From Candidatus Harpocratesius repetitus (lineage in GTDB: Archaea > Asgardarchaeota > Lokiarchaeia > Sigyniarchaeales > Promethearchaeaceae): a stretch of 32,000 bases of DNA. Position 1 is the first letter of the stretch. Every line of letters starts with the position of its first letter. Where the stretch lies: contig JAIZWK010000001.1 in NCBI GenBank assembly GCA_021498095.1, forward strand, positions 1,050,001 through 1,082,000, written 5' to 3'. The position numbers and the translations under genes are program-made. Positions 9,015 through 18,119 of this stretch are shown here, in pieces. The notes below the pieces were generated by a model, which made no database searches, was not told the DNA's origin, and was given only the letters and a program-made list of their open reading frames with translations.

Positions 9015-11096
9015 ATGAAATATATCATGAAAAATAAATGGCAAATCTTCATTATTTTATGCATATTGGGAATAGGAAGTATGACCCCTCTTTTTTCTTT
9101 CTTCTTTTCTTTCCAAATGCACGATTCAAATCTGACATTGCAGTCAGAACCGAAAAAGGGAAACCGTATTCCTGCTGATGCGAACCCCGAAAGTTTTATT
9201 TCCGTGTGGAACACCGCTTTACACAGCGGAGGATCAAGCAATGACAATCAGATAAGATTACCTTTGGAATCTTCGGGTACGTACAACTTCACGGTGAACT
9301 GGGGCGATGGAACAAGTGATACCATCACCGTTTGGAATCAGACAGAAGTCACGCACACCTATTCTGCGGCCGGTACCTACACCCTAACCATTAACGGGAC
9401 CATTGTCGGATGGTGCTTTGATTTTGACGGAGATAGGCTGAAAATAACGGAAATTCTGCAGTGGGGATCTTTGGGATTGGGAAATTCTGGATGGTATTTT
9501 GCAGGATGCGAAAATTTGAATTTAACGGCTACCGATTCTCCCGATTTAACCGGCACCACAGATTTAAGCGGAACCTTTTGGGGCTGCGAAAAATTGGGCG
9601 ATAGCGGAAACATGAACGGATGGAACGTTTCCTCCGTAACAAAAATGTACTGTATGTTTTGGGGAACCTTCTCGTTCAACCAGAATATCGGAAATTGGGA
9701 TGTATCGGGTGTGACCGATATGGAGCGTATGTTTCTGCATGCACATTCGTTCAATCAAGATATCGGAAAATGGGATGTATCTTCGGTAACAAATATGCTT
9801 GGAATGTTTTGGGATGCCCAATCGTTCAATCAAGACATCGGCAGCTGGAATGTTTCAAGAGTTACAGATATGAGTCTGATGTTTTGGGGTGCTTTTTCGT
9901 TTAACCAAAATATTGGTGGTTGGGATGTGTCTTCGGTAACAACCATGCAATGTATGTTCCGCGATGCTGCTTCTTTCAATCAGTATATCGGTGATTGGAA
10001 CGTATCGGCCGTTTGGAATATGGGCGGTATGTTCGAGAGGGCTTCTGCATTTAATCAATATATAGGTAATTGGGATGTATCTGGTGTGACTGATATATAT
10101 TGGATGTTTGATGGTGCTTCTTCATTTAATCAAGATATAGGAGGTTGGGACACATCAAAGGTTAAGTCTATGGTTTATATGTTCAGGGATGCTTCTTCAT
10201 TTAATCAAAATATAGGTGGATGGGATGTATCAAATGTAGATTCCATGTATGCCATGTTCTCTGGTGCTTCTTCATTCAATCAAGATATTGGTAAATGGAA
10301 TTTGCGTAATGTACTTGATATGGCAGAGATGTTCAGAAATGCGGTATCTTTCAATCAAAATATCAGCGCATGGCATGTTACTTTAGTAACTAATTGGGCG
10401 TATATGTTCGCTAATGCCACTTCATTTAATCAGGATATAAGCAGTTGGGACGTTCATATAGCGAGAAATATGGATTATATGTTCGCCAATGCCACTTCAT
10501 TTAATCAAGATTTAAGCGGCTGGAATACCGGTTCTGTAAAAAGGATGAAATCTATGTTTGATGGCGCATCTTCATTCAATCAAGATATCAGCGGTTGGGA
10601 TGTTTCTTCCGTGACCGATATGAGTTACATGTTCCATAATGCCAGCTCATTCAACCAAGATATCAGCAGTTGGGATGTTTCGGCCGTTACAGATATGAGT
10701 CATATGTTCGATGGGGCTTCATCTTTCGATCAAAACCTCGGTAGCTGGAATGTATCATCGGTAACCGATATGGAAGGGATGTTTCGTGGTGTTAAATTGT
10801 CAACGGCAAATTATGACAGCATTTTACAGCATTGGTCGAAATTGCCTCTACAGAGTAACGTTTCATTTGATGCGGGAAATTCGCAGTACAGCAAATCCGC
10901 AGTCGAGGCTCGGCTGTATATTATTGATACTTTCGGATGGAATATTACCGATGGCGGTTTTACGGAAAAAGAACCAGGAATAAACCAAATTTCAGGGTAT
11001 TCTATCTTCATCTTTATGTGCTCTTTTGCCGTATTGATTGTAGTTTTAGGAAAAAGGTTCGAAATATCGCCGTCCATTCCCAAATCGGTTCAGTAA
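9015..11096 (+). CDS. BspA/DUF285-family repeat surface protein with PKD-like domain and C-terminal membrane anchor
   Basis: N-terminal hydrophobic segment; PKD signature TVNWGDG...[13 protein letters not shown]; 15 exact 25-aa repeats FNQxIxxWDVSxVTxMxxMFxxAxS; C-terminal ISGY + transmembrane segment + KR. Confidence 0.9.
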   Translation: MKYIMKNKWQIFIILCILGIGSMTPLFSFFFSFQMHDSNLTLQSEPKKGNRIPADANPESFISVWNTALHSGGSSNDNQIRLPLESSGTYNFTVNWGDGTSDTITVWNQTEVTHTYSAAGTYTLTINGTIVGWCFDFDGDRLKITEILQWGSLGLGNSGWYFAGCENLNLTATDSPDLTGTTDLSGTFWGCEKLGDSGNMNGWNVSSVTKMYCMFWGTFSFNQNIGNWDVSGVTDMERMFLHAHSFNQDIGKWDVSSVTNMLGMFWDAQSFNQDIGSWNVSRVTDMSLMFWGAFSFNQNIGGWDVSSVTTMQCMFRDAASFNQYIGDWNVSAVWNMGGMFERASAFNQYIGNWDVSGVTDIYWMFDGASSFNQDIGGWDTSKVKSMVYMFRDASSFNQNIGGWDVSNVDSMYAMFSGASSFNQDIGKWNLRNVLDMAEMFRNAVSFNQNISAWHVTLVTNWAYMFANATSFNQDISSWDVHIARNMDYMFANATSFNQDLSGWNTGSVKRMKSMFDGASSFNQDISGWDVSSVTDMSYMFHNASSFNQDISSWDVSAVTDMSHMFDGASSFDQNLGSWNVSSVTDMEGMFRGVKLSTANYDSILQHWSKLPLQSNVSFDAGNSQYSKSAVEARLYIIDTFGWNITDGGFTEKEPGINQISGYSIFIFMCSFAVLIVVLGKRFEISPSIPKSVQ
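9675..10799 (+). repeat. Intragenic 75-bp (25-aa) degenerate tandem repeat x 15
   Basis: The first FNQ codon is at 9675 and the last FDQ codon at 10725, exactly 14 x 75 bp apart. One further degenerate unit precedes 9675. Confidence 0.92.
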
Positions 11097-11488
11097 TTAC
11101 TTTTTTAGGTTTCGGGCGATACTGATTAATTTTTCTTGTACCTTAGATATTTTTGATAATACAATGTAAATATAAGAAGTTCTAACAATTTTTTTTTATC
11201 TTATTCAAATTCTATCTTTTAAACCAATATTTTCGACAATATTCTTGTGCATCCAATTATTATTTGAGTCGGCATTTTTAAATCCTTAAATTAGGTCAAA
11301 AATTTTACATTTCCATCATTTTTCTTTGAATTATTGATTTAGTAATATGTTTTTTTCTTAAACTATCTTTCGACAAATCTAAAATTGGGATAGATTTGGG
11401 GATTGTGGATAATCGATATAAGATTTTCGGATTTCCTTCAATTTTTAGAATTCTGCTATAACCTTATAAGATTGAAGAATTAATAATA

Positions 11489-11601
11489 TAAGCCGCGATG
11501 ACTAAATGGTGAGTCGTTTGCCGCCTTTCGACGATTTGCAAATGAACAACACTCAGGATTATGAAACCGATAGCTTAGAACTCTAGTAGTTCCTTTTTTT
11601 T
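11489..11601. ncRNA. Candidate structured non-coding RNA, family unknown
   Basis: GC-rich island in AT-rich intergenic DNA. On the minus strand it has a UCGUC-GAAA-GGCGG tetraloop hairpin, a GAGU/ACUC stem and a terminal UAAGCU/GGCUUA stem. On the plus strand a GAACT/AGTTC hairpin is followed by T8. Confidence 0.45.
11578..11601 (+). terminator. Hairpin plus oligo-T terminator-like signal
   Basis: GAACT-CTAGT-AGTTC followed by C and T8 (11594-11601). Confidence 0.4.
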
Positions 11602-11993
11602 GATCCCATTTATCCCTATTTCGAATGGTTTACAAAAAGACACTGAATTAGAATATCTTTAAGCTGAATTTTGCATCCATCATCAGATTCAATCACAAGA
11701 TCTGAATATATTTTGATGCGGGGCTGTTTTTTACGACCTGGCATACTAAAGCAAAGAAAAAAAATAACGTAAACTTTTGGGAAATTAGCGAATATCTTAT
11801 TATTATATAGTGAATATTTCAAATTCATGATCAAGCAATAATCATATAAGTTAGAGCAGGGATCATTAAATTTAAGAAAGAAATAAAAAAAAAGAAAGCG
11901 TAAGTTCAATTATCCTATAAATTAGAAATTCATCGAAATTGATCAAAAATCGAAAAATTTAGTATTTTTCTCATCTTTTATTATTTATAAATT

Positions 11994-12677
11994 ATGCACC
12001 CTTCAAATGAAAGATCACCTCCATCTTCAAATTCTTCATCTTTTACTGAAGACCATACTGATTCATTATCTATTCAGAGAAAAGCTTCATTAAATCGAAA
12101 AGATGGGTATTATGAATTTCCTCCATTAGATGAAAGCATTAAATGTCCAATTTGTGGAAAAAACATAGAAATAACAAGGACAATATATTCATTACCTGAT
12201 GGAGACGATATTATTATCTTTGTAATTCAGTGTGAACAATGTGGATATCGAAAATCTGATATGATTCCTGTATATACCGCTTTTCAGCCAGGAATTTATC
12301 GATTAAAGGTAGATGATGGAGATTTAACCCATAAGATTTTTCGTGGTGCGACAGGAAATCTTGAAATTCCAGAAATTGGGGTTTCTATTGAACGGGGTCC
12401 AGCAGCGAACTTTGATTTTACTAATGTTGAGGGAATTCTTTTAAGAATTGAACAACAAATTCAATTTTTTCTCCAAACAACTCCTTCAGATACTCCAGAA
12501 TGGAAAAATGCACATGATTCATTAACTCGATTAAGAGCATGTAAATCTGGAGAGATGTCTTTTACTGTGATATTGACTGATTTTGATGGCGGAAGTTATA
12601 TTACTCCGACTGATAAAGAGAAAATGGTATTTGAAAAGTTAACTGTTAAATCTGAATCAAATAATAAAAACACTTAA
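11994..12677 (+). CDS. zpr1: ZPR1 zinc-finger domain protein (archaeal single-module type)
   Basis: CPICG and CEQCGYRKSD zinc finger; EIPEIGVSIERGPAA, TNVEGIL and FTVILTDFDGGSYI match the ZPR1 A/B domain. Ser/Pro-rich N-terminal extension. Confidence 0.88.
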   Translation: MHPSNERSPPSSNSSSFTEDHTDSLSIQRKASLNRKDGYYEFPPLDESIKCPICGKNIEITRTIYSLPDGDDIIIFVIQCEQCGYRKSDMIPVYTAFQPGIYRLKVDDGDLTHKIFRGATGNLEIPEIGVSIERGPAANFDFTNVEGILLRIEQQIQFFLQTTPSDTPEWKNAHDSLTRLRACKSGEMSFTVILTDFDGGSYITPTDKEKMVFEKLTVKSESNNKNT

Positions 12678-12743
12678 TATAAAGAAGCAGCAGATAGAAA
12701 AAAAACTAAAAAAACTGTTCTTCCCAGCAAGAAATAAAAAAAA

Positions 12744-12911
12744 TTATTCTTCCCACTTACCTTCGGCTTTGAGTTTTTCCTTTAATTTTTCTAATTCTTC
12801 AGCACGTTTCTTTCTTTCAGCTTCAATTTGTGCCTTTTCTTCTTCTGATACTTTCTTAAGCTTTTCTTTATTCATTGCCTCAATTTCTTTTCGTAATTCA
12901 TCACTGCTCAT
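12744..12911 (-). CDS. 55-aa highly charged coiled-coil/alpha-helical protein (below the ORF-track cutoff)
   Basis: MSSDELRKEIEAMNKEKLKKVSEEEKAQIEAERKKRAEELEKLKEKLKAEGKWEE*; ATG preceded by AGGTGGT; convergent with ZPR1. Confidence 0.8.
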   Translation of the reverse strand: MSSDELRKEIEAMNKEKLKKVSEEEKAQIEAERKKRAEELEKLKEKLKAEGKWEE

Positions 12912-13276
12912 GAGTTTACCACCTATTGGGGTTTTTTTGTAAGAAAAATAGATCTGTTGCTTATTATATATCTTGGAATTTTCTACCTATAAAACTTATG
13001 AAACTTACGAATTAAATAAAAAAGGAATCAGTAATAAAAAAGTAATGACAGTGGACGAATTTGTCGGAAGGTTTTTTATACTCTTCCGAGATCTAAAAGT
13101 TACAGATGGGATATATCAATAAACAAATCCGTATAGTATGAAAACAAGATGTATATTAAAATCCTTAATTGTAAATAAATATCTTTTGAAATATTAATTA
13201 TCTAATCGTTCTAATCTTATCAAATCTGGTCTATACGGATAGATCAAAAGAAAAATATTTAGTTAGATGAAAAAAA

Positions 13277-15226
13277 ATGCCATCATCATTTGAAGAAAAT
13301 CTGAATCAAATTAGAGAATATTTAAAAAGATCTCAATTTATGATGGCAAAAGATGAAATTGAATTCCTTCAAAGCAGAAATGATCTAACACCCTCACAAA
13401 ATGATGAAATATTCCTTCTTCAAGCTCAACTTGCAAATCAAACAGGAAAATTTTCCGAATCGTTAAGAATTTTAAAAAATCTTTCTGAGAATTTTGGATT
13501 CTCTTCAGAATCGCTTGAATATATGGATCTTTTATATCTTTTGGGTGATAACTATTTTCGTTTAGGCAATTTTTCTGAAGCTTTAGGATATATTCAAGAA
13601 GCACTTGAACTACTCGAACATTCAAGAATTTCTTCTAATCGAAAAAGAATTCAATTAAATGCAAAATATGTTATTGTAAAAGCGGGAATTTTGTGGCAAA
13701 CTGGAAAATTGGAACTTGCATTAAAAGATTTAGAAAACTTGATATTGAATCAGCAGAATTTACTAGAGCCGGTTCATTTAATAAAGTTACTTAATCGATA
13801 TGGTGTGATAAAATGTGCCCAGGGTAATTATAATGAAGGGATAAAGTATTTTGATGAAGCATTACAAATAGCAAGATCAAATCATTATCCATCATTAATT
13901 TCTATTCTTTATAATAATCTTGGGATGATTTATCACCAATTAGGAAATTTTAAAAAATCTCTTTTATATTGTGAGAAAAGTCTAATTTTTGAAAACCGCA
14001 CTGGAAATACCTTTCGACAAGCAACAGTATTAGATACTCTTGGAGAATTATATTTTGAAATGGGAAAATATAGCGAAGCATCGGAATATTTTTTACAAAG
14101 TGTTAATATTGGGAGAAAATTAGGTAATCCATATGAATTGTCTGTATATCTTTTTCATTTAATTAAAAGCTATATTGAATTGAATCAGATTTCCAGGTGT
14201 AAAAAATTCCTTACCGAATTTGAAATGTTATGCTTAGTTGAAGATAATATAAGGGTAATTCAACGTTATCAGTTGATTCAAGCGTTATTGTGGAAGAAAA
14301 GTTCTCAACTTAGATTTCAATTTCAAGCTCATGAAATATTGCAATCAATTGCCTTTGGCCCTGTGTTGGAATATGAGATAACTCTAACTGCACTGGTACA
14401 TTTAGCAGATATATTATTAGATGAAATGCGAGTAACCCAAAAAGGAGAAATTATTGAAGAAATTGAGCCAATTATTGCTGAACTATTAAATATTGCAGAA
14501 TCTCAAAATTTGATTTTATTACTTGCACAAACCTATTTGTTAAAGGCACGCTTTGCAATCTTGACTTTAAATATTGATCAAGCCAGACAATTTTTGACAA
14601 AAGCCCAAAACTATGCGATGTCACATCATTTGGAAGGAATTGCAATTCAAATCGCCTCTGAACATGATAAACTCCTTGAGCAACAATTACTACTGGAGCA
14701 AATTGGAAATAAGCAAATATCTATAGAAGAACGATTGAAATTATCAGGTTTCAATCTCCAATTTTCTCGAATGATTCATAATATTAACAACAATTTTAAT
14801 GCCCCGAGTAAAGAAATTCCAATATTCTTTGCCATATTGAATGAGTATGGACCAATGATTTTTTCACAACAATTTAATCATGAGATAGTAGTTAACGATC
14901 AGCTATTTGGAGGGCTTCTTAGTGCTTTCTATTCCTATTGTAGTGAAATGACAGAGCATTCCTTTGATCGGGCAAAATTTGGGCATTATACCATAATGTT
15001 AGTTCACAATCGTTCTCTTATATTTGCTTATGTATATAAAGGTTCTTCATATTCCGCTCAAAAACGATTAAATCTATTTCTTGATCAACTAAAAAAATAC
15101 CCTGATCTTTGGAATCAAATCCAGAATTCTGTTAATTCGAATAATGTATTACCAAAATCCACTTTACAATTGTTTTTACCCGTCTTTCATTCATCTTTTC
15201 CTGAAATATTGATGCAAGAATCGTGA
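13277..15226 (+). CDS. Tetratricopeptide-repeat protein with C-terminal longin-like domain
   Basis: Multiple TPR consensus units (LGDNYFRLGNFSEAL, NNLGMIYHQLGNFKKSL, LGELYFEMGKYSEAS). The C-terminal about 130 aa has a longin-like pattern (FAILNEYGPMIF...LFGGLLSAF...FAYVYKG). Confidence 0.8.
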   Translation: MPSSFEENLNQIREYLKRSQFMMAKDEIEFLQSRNDLTPSQNDEIFLLQAQLANQTGKFSESLRILKNLSENFGFSSESLEYMDLLYLLGDNYFRLGNFSEALGYIQEALELLEHSRISSNRKRIQLNAKYVIVKAGILWQTGKLELALKDLENLILNQQNLLEPVHLIKLLNRYGVIKCAQGNYNEGIKYFDEALQIARSNHYPSLISILYNNLGMIYHQLGNFKKSLLYCEKSLIFENRTGNTFRQATVLDTLGELYFEMGKYSEASEYFLQSVNIGRKLGNPYELSVYLFHLIKSYIELNQISRCKKFLTEFEMLCLVEDNIRVIQRYQLIQALLWKKSSQLRFQFQAHEILQSIAFGPVLEYEITLTALVHLADILLDEMRVTQKGEIIEEIEPIIAELLNIAESQNLILLLAQTYLLKARFAILTLNIDQARQFLTKAQNYAMSHHLEGIAIQIASEHDKLLEQQLLLEQIGNKQISIEERLKLSGFNLQFSRMIHNINNNFNAPSKEIPIFFAILNEYGPMIFSQQFNHEIVVNDQLFGGLLSAFYSYCSEMTEHSFDRAKFGHYTIMLVHNRSLIFAYVYKGSSYSAQKRLNLFLDQLKKYPDLWNQIQNSVNSNNVLPKSTLQLFLPVFHSSFPEILMQES

Positions 15227-15232
15227 TTTTTT

Positions 15233-16273
15233 TTAGATTTTAGCTAAAAGCATCATAAGTGCACGGGGTATTTCTTTAAAATCTGTTACTGGGATGTAGA
15301 ATCCCTTTCCTGCTTGAGCAATCTGCTTGCAAATCGTGCTTCCTCTAGCTGTATTTTCCTTTTGAACTTCAGAAGGCATGTTTATCACATGTAATCTTGG
15401 AAATTGTCGTGCAATAGGGGCTGGATGCTTACCTCGATTGTATTCCCCATCAGTAATTAATATTCCGATCTTTCTTCTTCCACTGGGGATATTATTTAAT
15501 TCTTTTAGCCCTTTTCGAAGCGCGCGTGAAATATTTGTGAATCCTACCGCTTCACTGTCTAAGATTTGATCAATAAGCTTAGGTAAAGGATTTTCATCTT
15601 TTAATGATTTTAAAACATATGGCTCAGAATTAAACAAGATAATGCTGGTAAAGTCTTTTGCCATTGCATAGGACAAAACTGAAGTTGTTAAAGCAGCATT
15701 CAAAAGAAGTTTCCCGAACATCGATCCTGAAGTATCCAGCATCAACACCACATTACGCTTTTTTTGTCGACGTTCATATCCAACGATATCTTCGTAGTGA
15801 ATCAATTGATTTCCATTTTGTATATAGTTAAATAGTGTTTGTTCCAAATCAAATTCAGGAATTCCGGGATAGTAATGAATTCGATGCCTGGATTTTCCCT
15901 TAGAACCACGTCCAGATATGTTTAGCGAAGATCTCATAATTATTGATCGAGTTAATCTTTGCAACATTAATTTAAATGAAAGTGGTGCATGAGATCGAAT
16001 CATAAAATACAATTGTGGAATAAACGAGTCTTTATTTTCTCGATATTTTTCTGCAAAAAAGTGAGTATATTCTGTTTGTTGCAATTCTGCTGTAACCGCA
16101 TAGATATTCGATTGAGCTAAACTCATTAGAGCTTCAATATTATTGGATTCTACAGAAAGACGGGCAAGATCCTTGATATCTTTAAATCCTAAATTTTGGG
16201 CAAGCTTTTTATAGCGTTTTTTTGTGCTTTGTTTTCGTTGGATTTCATATTTTAAGAGATCCCGATCTTTCAA
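15233..16273 (-). CDS. von Willebrand factor A domain protein (CoxE-like partner of MoxR)
   Basis: MIDAS motif DTSGSM, GFTNI and ILITDG. Start codon is uncertain (TTG); the frame stays open further upstream. Confidence 0.85.
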   Translation of the reverse strand: MKDRDLLKYEIQRKQSTKKRYKKLAQNLGFKDIKDLARLSVESNNIEALMSLAQSNIYAVTAELQQTEYTHFFAEKYRENKDSFIPQLYFMIRSHAPLSFKLMLQRLTRSIIMRSSLNISGRGSKGKSRHRIHYYPGIPEFDLEQTLFNYIQNGNQLIHYEDIVGYERRQKKRNVVLMLDTSGSMFGKLLLNAALTTSVLSYAMAKDFTSIILFNSEPYVLKSLKDENPLPKLIDQILDSEAVGFTNISRALRKGLKELNNIPSGRRKIGILITDGEYNRGKHPAPIARQFPRLHVINMPSEVQKENTARGSTICKQIAQAGKGFYIPVTDFKEIPRALMMLLAKI

Positions 16274-16344
16274 ATTCGAAAGACGTAATCTTTCGATTCC
16301 TTTGAAGGCTTCATCGGGACGAAGAAGATTTTGAACCTCAGCCT

Positions 16345-17322
16345 TTAATGAAAATGATGAAACACTTCTTCAATGACTTCTTCTAAAATTTCTTTGAGAT
16401 TTCTTTCCGTTCCATCCATCAATTCCAATTTAGAATATAATGCCATAATTCCCGCTTCTTTCCAAAATTGAAGACCTGGCTTTTTTCCATATGCTTCAAT
16501 AAGCTTTGCTAAATCTATCGCACCTCTGATAGATGCACCACGACGAAGATCTGGATGTACGCGGGTTAAATTTATGATTTTCACTGACATATTTGCTATT
16601 AAATTCAAATGTGGTGTAGAAGGCGAAAGATTCAATTTAACAATCTCGATTTCTTCTTCTTCTGATTGATAATTTACTTCAATCCAAACAAAACGATCCT
16701 TTAACGCTTCACCTAAGGCAGATACTCCTACATGGGCTTCAGGATTTTGAGTAGCAATGGTAAAAAATGAATCTTTCGCTTGAATATTTCCTAATTTTGG
16801 AATAATTAATGTATGTTCATCTAAAGCCGATAAAAGGACATTTTGAGTAGATTCAGGAATTCGATTTAATTCATTGATGAATAAACATCCACCTTCTCTC
16901 ATTGCCAGAGCAAGTGGTCCAAAAATAAAAGATTCTTCAGTATATCCGTGGTTAAGTACAGCTGGAGGGTCGAAATATCCTGTTAAAGTATGACTAAGTA
17001 CATCTTCAGAGCCATCGACTCGAAAGAATTGATTATTTGCATAATCTGCTAAAGCGCGGGCTAAGTACGTTTTGCCAGTTCCAACAACACCTTCTAAAAT
17101 AACATGTTTTTTAGCTTTAAAGGCTAATAACAAGAGGGTTAATTCGTTCTGACGGCCGATGATTTGATATTTATCTTGAATTTTCTTTACTTCTGCAGCT
17201 ATATCCTGCGAGTAAATTGATGTATTTGCTTCCACGGGATTGATTTCTTTTTCCGTATCTTCCATTCCACTCAAATAATTAAAGATTTCATTGCCCAAAA
17301 AATTCATGAATTTTCGAATCAA
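16345..17322 (-). CDS. MoxR-family AAA+ ATPase
   Basis: Walker A GVVGTGKT, Walker B variant LFINELNR, ATQNP, ALKDRF and RGASIRGA. The true start may be the ATG at 17265. Confidence 0.9.
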   Translation of the reverse strand: MIRKFMNFLGNEIFNYLSGMEDTEKEINPVEANTSIYSQDIAAEVKKIQDKYQIIGRQNELTLLLLAFKAKKHVILEGVVGTGKTYLARALADYANNQFFRVDGSEDVLSHTLTGYFDPPAVLNHGYTEESFIFGPLALAMREGGCLFINELNRIPESTQNVLLSALDEHTLIIPKLGNIQAKDSFFTIATQNPEAHVGVSALGEALKDRFVWIEVNYQSEEEEIEIVKLNLSPSTPHLNLIANMSVKIINLTRVHPDLRRGASIRGAIDLAKLIEAYGKKPGLQFWKEAGIMALYSKLELMDGTERNLKEILEEVIEEVFHHFH

Positions 17323-17402
17323 TTCACATTATTCATATATTCACATACTAGTGAACAACTGGCAAATTTTTAAGGTTTTTAACCTTTTTCTAATCGTTTA
17401 TC

Positions 17403-18119
17403 GTGATAATAACCACACCGAAATCTTGGGATGAAATCAAGCTTGCAATTGAACGATGGAATTTGCACAAATTAATAGTTGTAAGTTGTGGGGGTTGTGC
17501 AGCAAAATGTGGTACTGGGGGAACAGAAGGTTTGGAAAAATTACTTTCATTTCTAAAAACCTTGGATTTAAAAATTCTAGCATCTATGGTGATTCAAGAA
17601 CCATGTGATTTGCGCAATCTTCATCGAGATTTTCAATACGTTGATGAGGAAATAAATCAGACAGATGGATTCGTTGTTGCGAGCTGTGGTATTGGGGCAC
17701 AGGTAATTGGTGATTATTTTCAAAAACCTGTAGTTATTACAACTAACACAATAATGATGGGAGAAACGATTCACTTAAATGAATATAGCAATCGTTGCGT
17801 TGCTTGTGGGCATTGTATATTAAATGAAACTGGTGGAATATGCCCAATTACTCTTTGTCCAAAATCAATGTTAAATGGCCCTTGTGGAGGCATGTTTCAG
17901 GGTAAATGTGAAGTGGACAATTATCAAAATGATTGTGCGTGGGTGCAAATTTACAATCGTTTGGAAAAGCTCGGAAAATCTTCTCTTTTTGCCAAAATTC
18001 GGGAACCCCAAGATTGGAATCTTCGTCGACGAATAAATCTAAATCTTCATCAAGAAAGAAAATTCTTTTATTCAATAATTGATCATCATAATGAAAATCA
18101 AAAGGAGGAATCTAACTGA
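17403..18119 (+). CDS. metV: Methylenetetrahydrofolate reductase accessory subunit (MetV, MTHFR C-terminal Cys-rich family)
   Basis: CGGCAAKC, ERC-like RCVACGHCIL, GGICPITLCPKSMLNGPCGG and DCAWVQIYNRL; lies directly upstream of metF. Confidence 0.88.
   Translation: MIITTPKSWDEIKLAIERWNLHKLIVVSCGGCAAKCGTGGTEGLEKLLSFLKTLDLKILASMVIQEPCDLRNLHRDFQYVDEEINQTDGFVVASCGIGAQVIGDYFQKPVVITTNTIMMGETIHLNEYSNRCVACGHCILNETGGICPITLCPKSMLNGPCGGMFQGKCEVDNYQNDCAWVQIYNRLEKLGKSSLFAKIREPQDWNLRRRINLNLHQERKFFYSIIDHHNENQKEESN

Noticed and set aside
8007-11125. Short ORFs overlapping the protease and DUF285 genes (8007-8276, 9008-9247, 9377-9754, 9564-9833, 9620-9904, 9855-10058, 10786-10983, 10811-11083, 10937-11125)
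   Set aside because: They are antisense or off-frame shadows of well-supported genes, favoured by the higher GC and repeat periodicity.
11100-11460. Fragmentary minus-strand frames (e.g. GYSRILKIEGNPKILYRLS...)
   Set aside because: No start codon or recognisable motif; possibly a decayed gene but not supportable.
11515-11565. c-di-GMP-I riboswitch (GCAAA-stem-GAAA on the minus strand) or tmRNA tag (ANEQHSGL* on the plus strand)
   Set aside because: The GAC-GCAAA junction and P3 arm of the riboswitch are missing. There is no tmRNA tRNA-like domain, and tmRNA is not known in archaea.
11492-11577. tRNA gene (GCCGCGA start, GACT/AGTC D-arm-like hairpin with GG in the loop)
   Set aside because: There is no TTCGA T-loop, no 7-nt anticodon loop and no 3' strand matching the acceptor stem.
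11616-11909. 97-aa minus-strand ORF
   Set aside because: The N-terminal half is low-complexity and AT-rich. Only the last 42 codons (MPGRKKQPRIKIYS..., ATG 11744) look protein-like, and nothing else supports them.
13127-13240. 10-bp perfect inverted repeat ATCCGTATAG / CTATACGGAT as MITE ends
   Set aside because: There is no target-site duplication or second copy in the window, and one such match can arise by chance in an intergenic region of this size.
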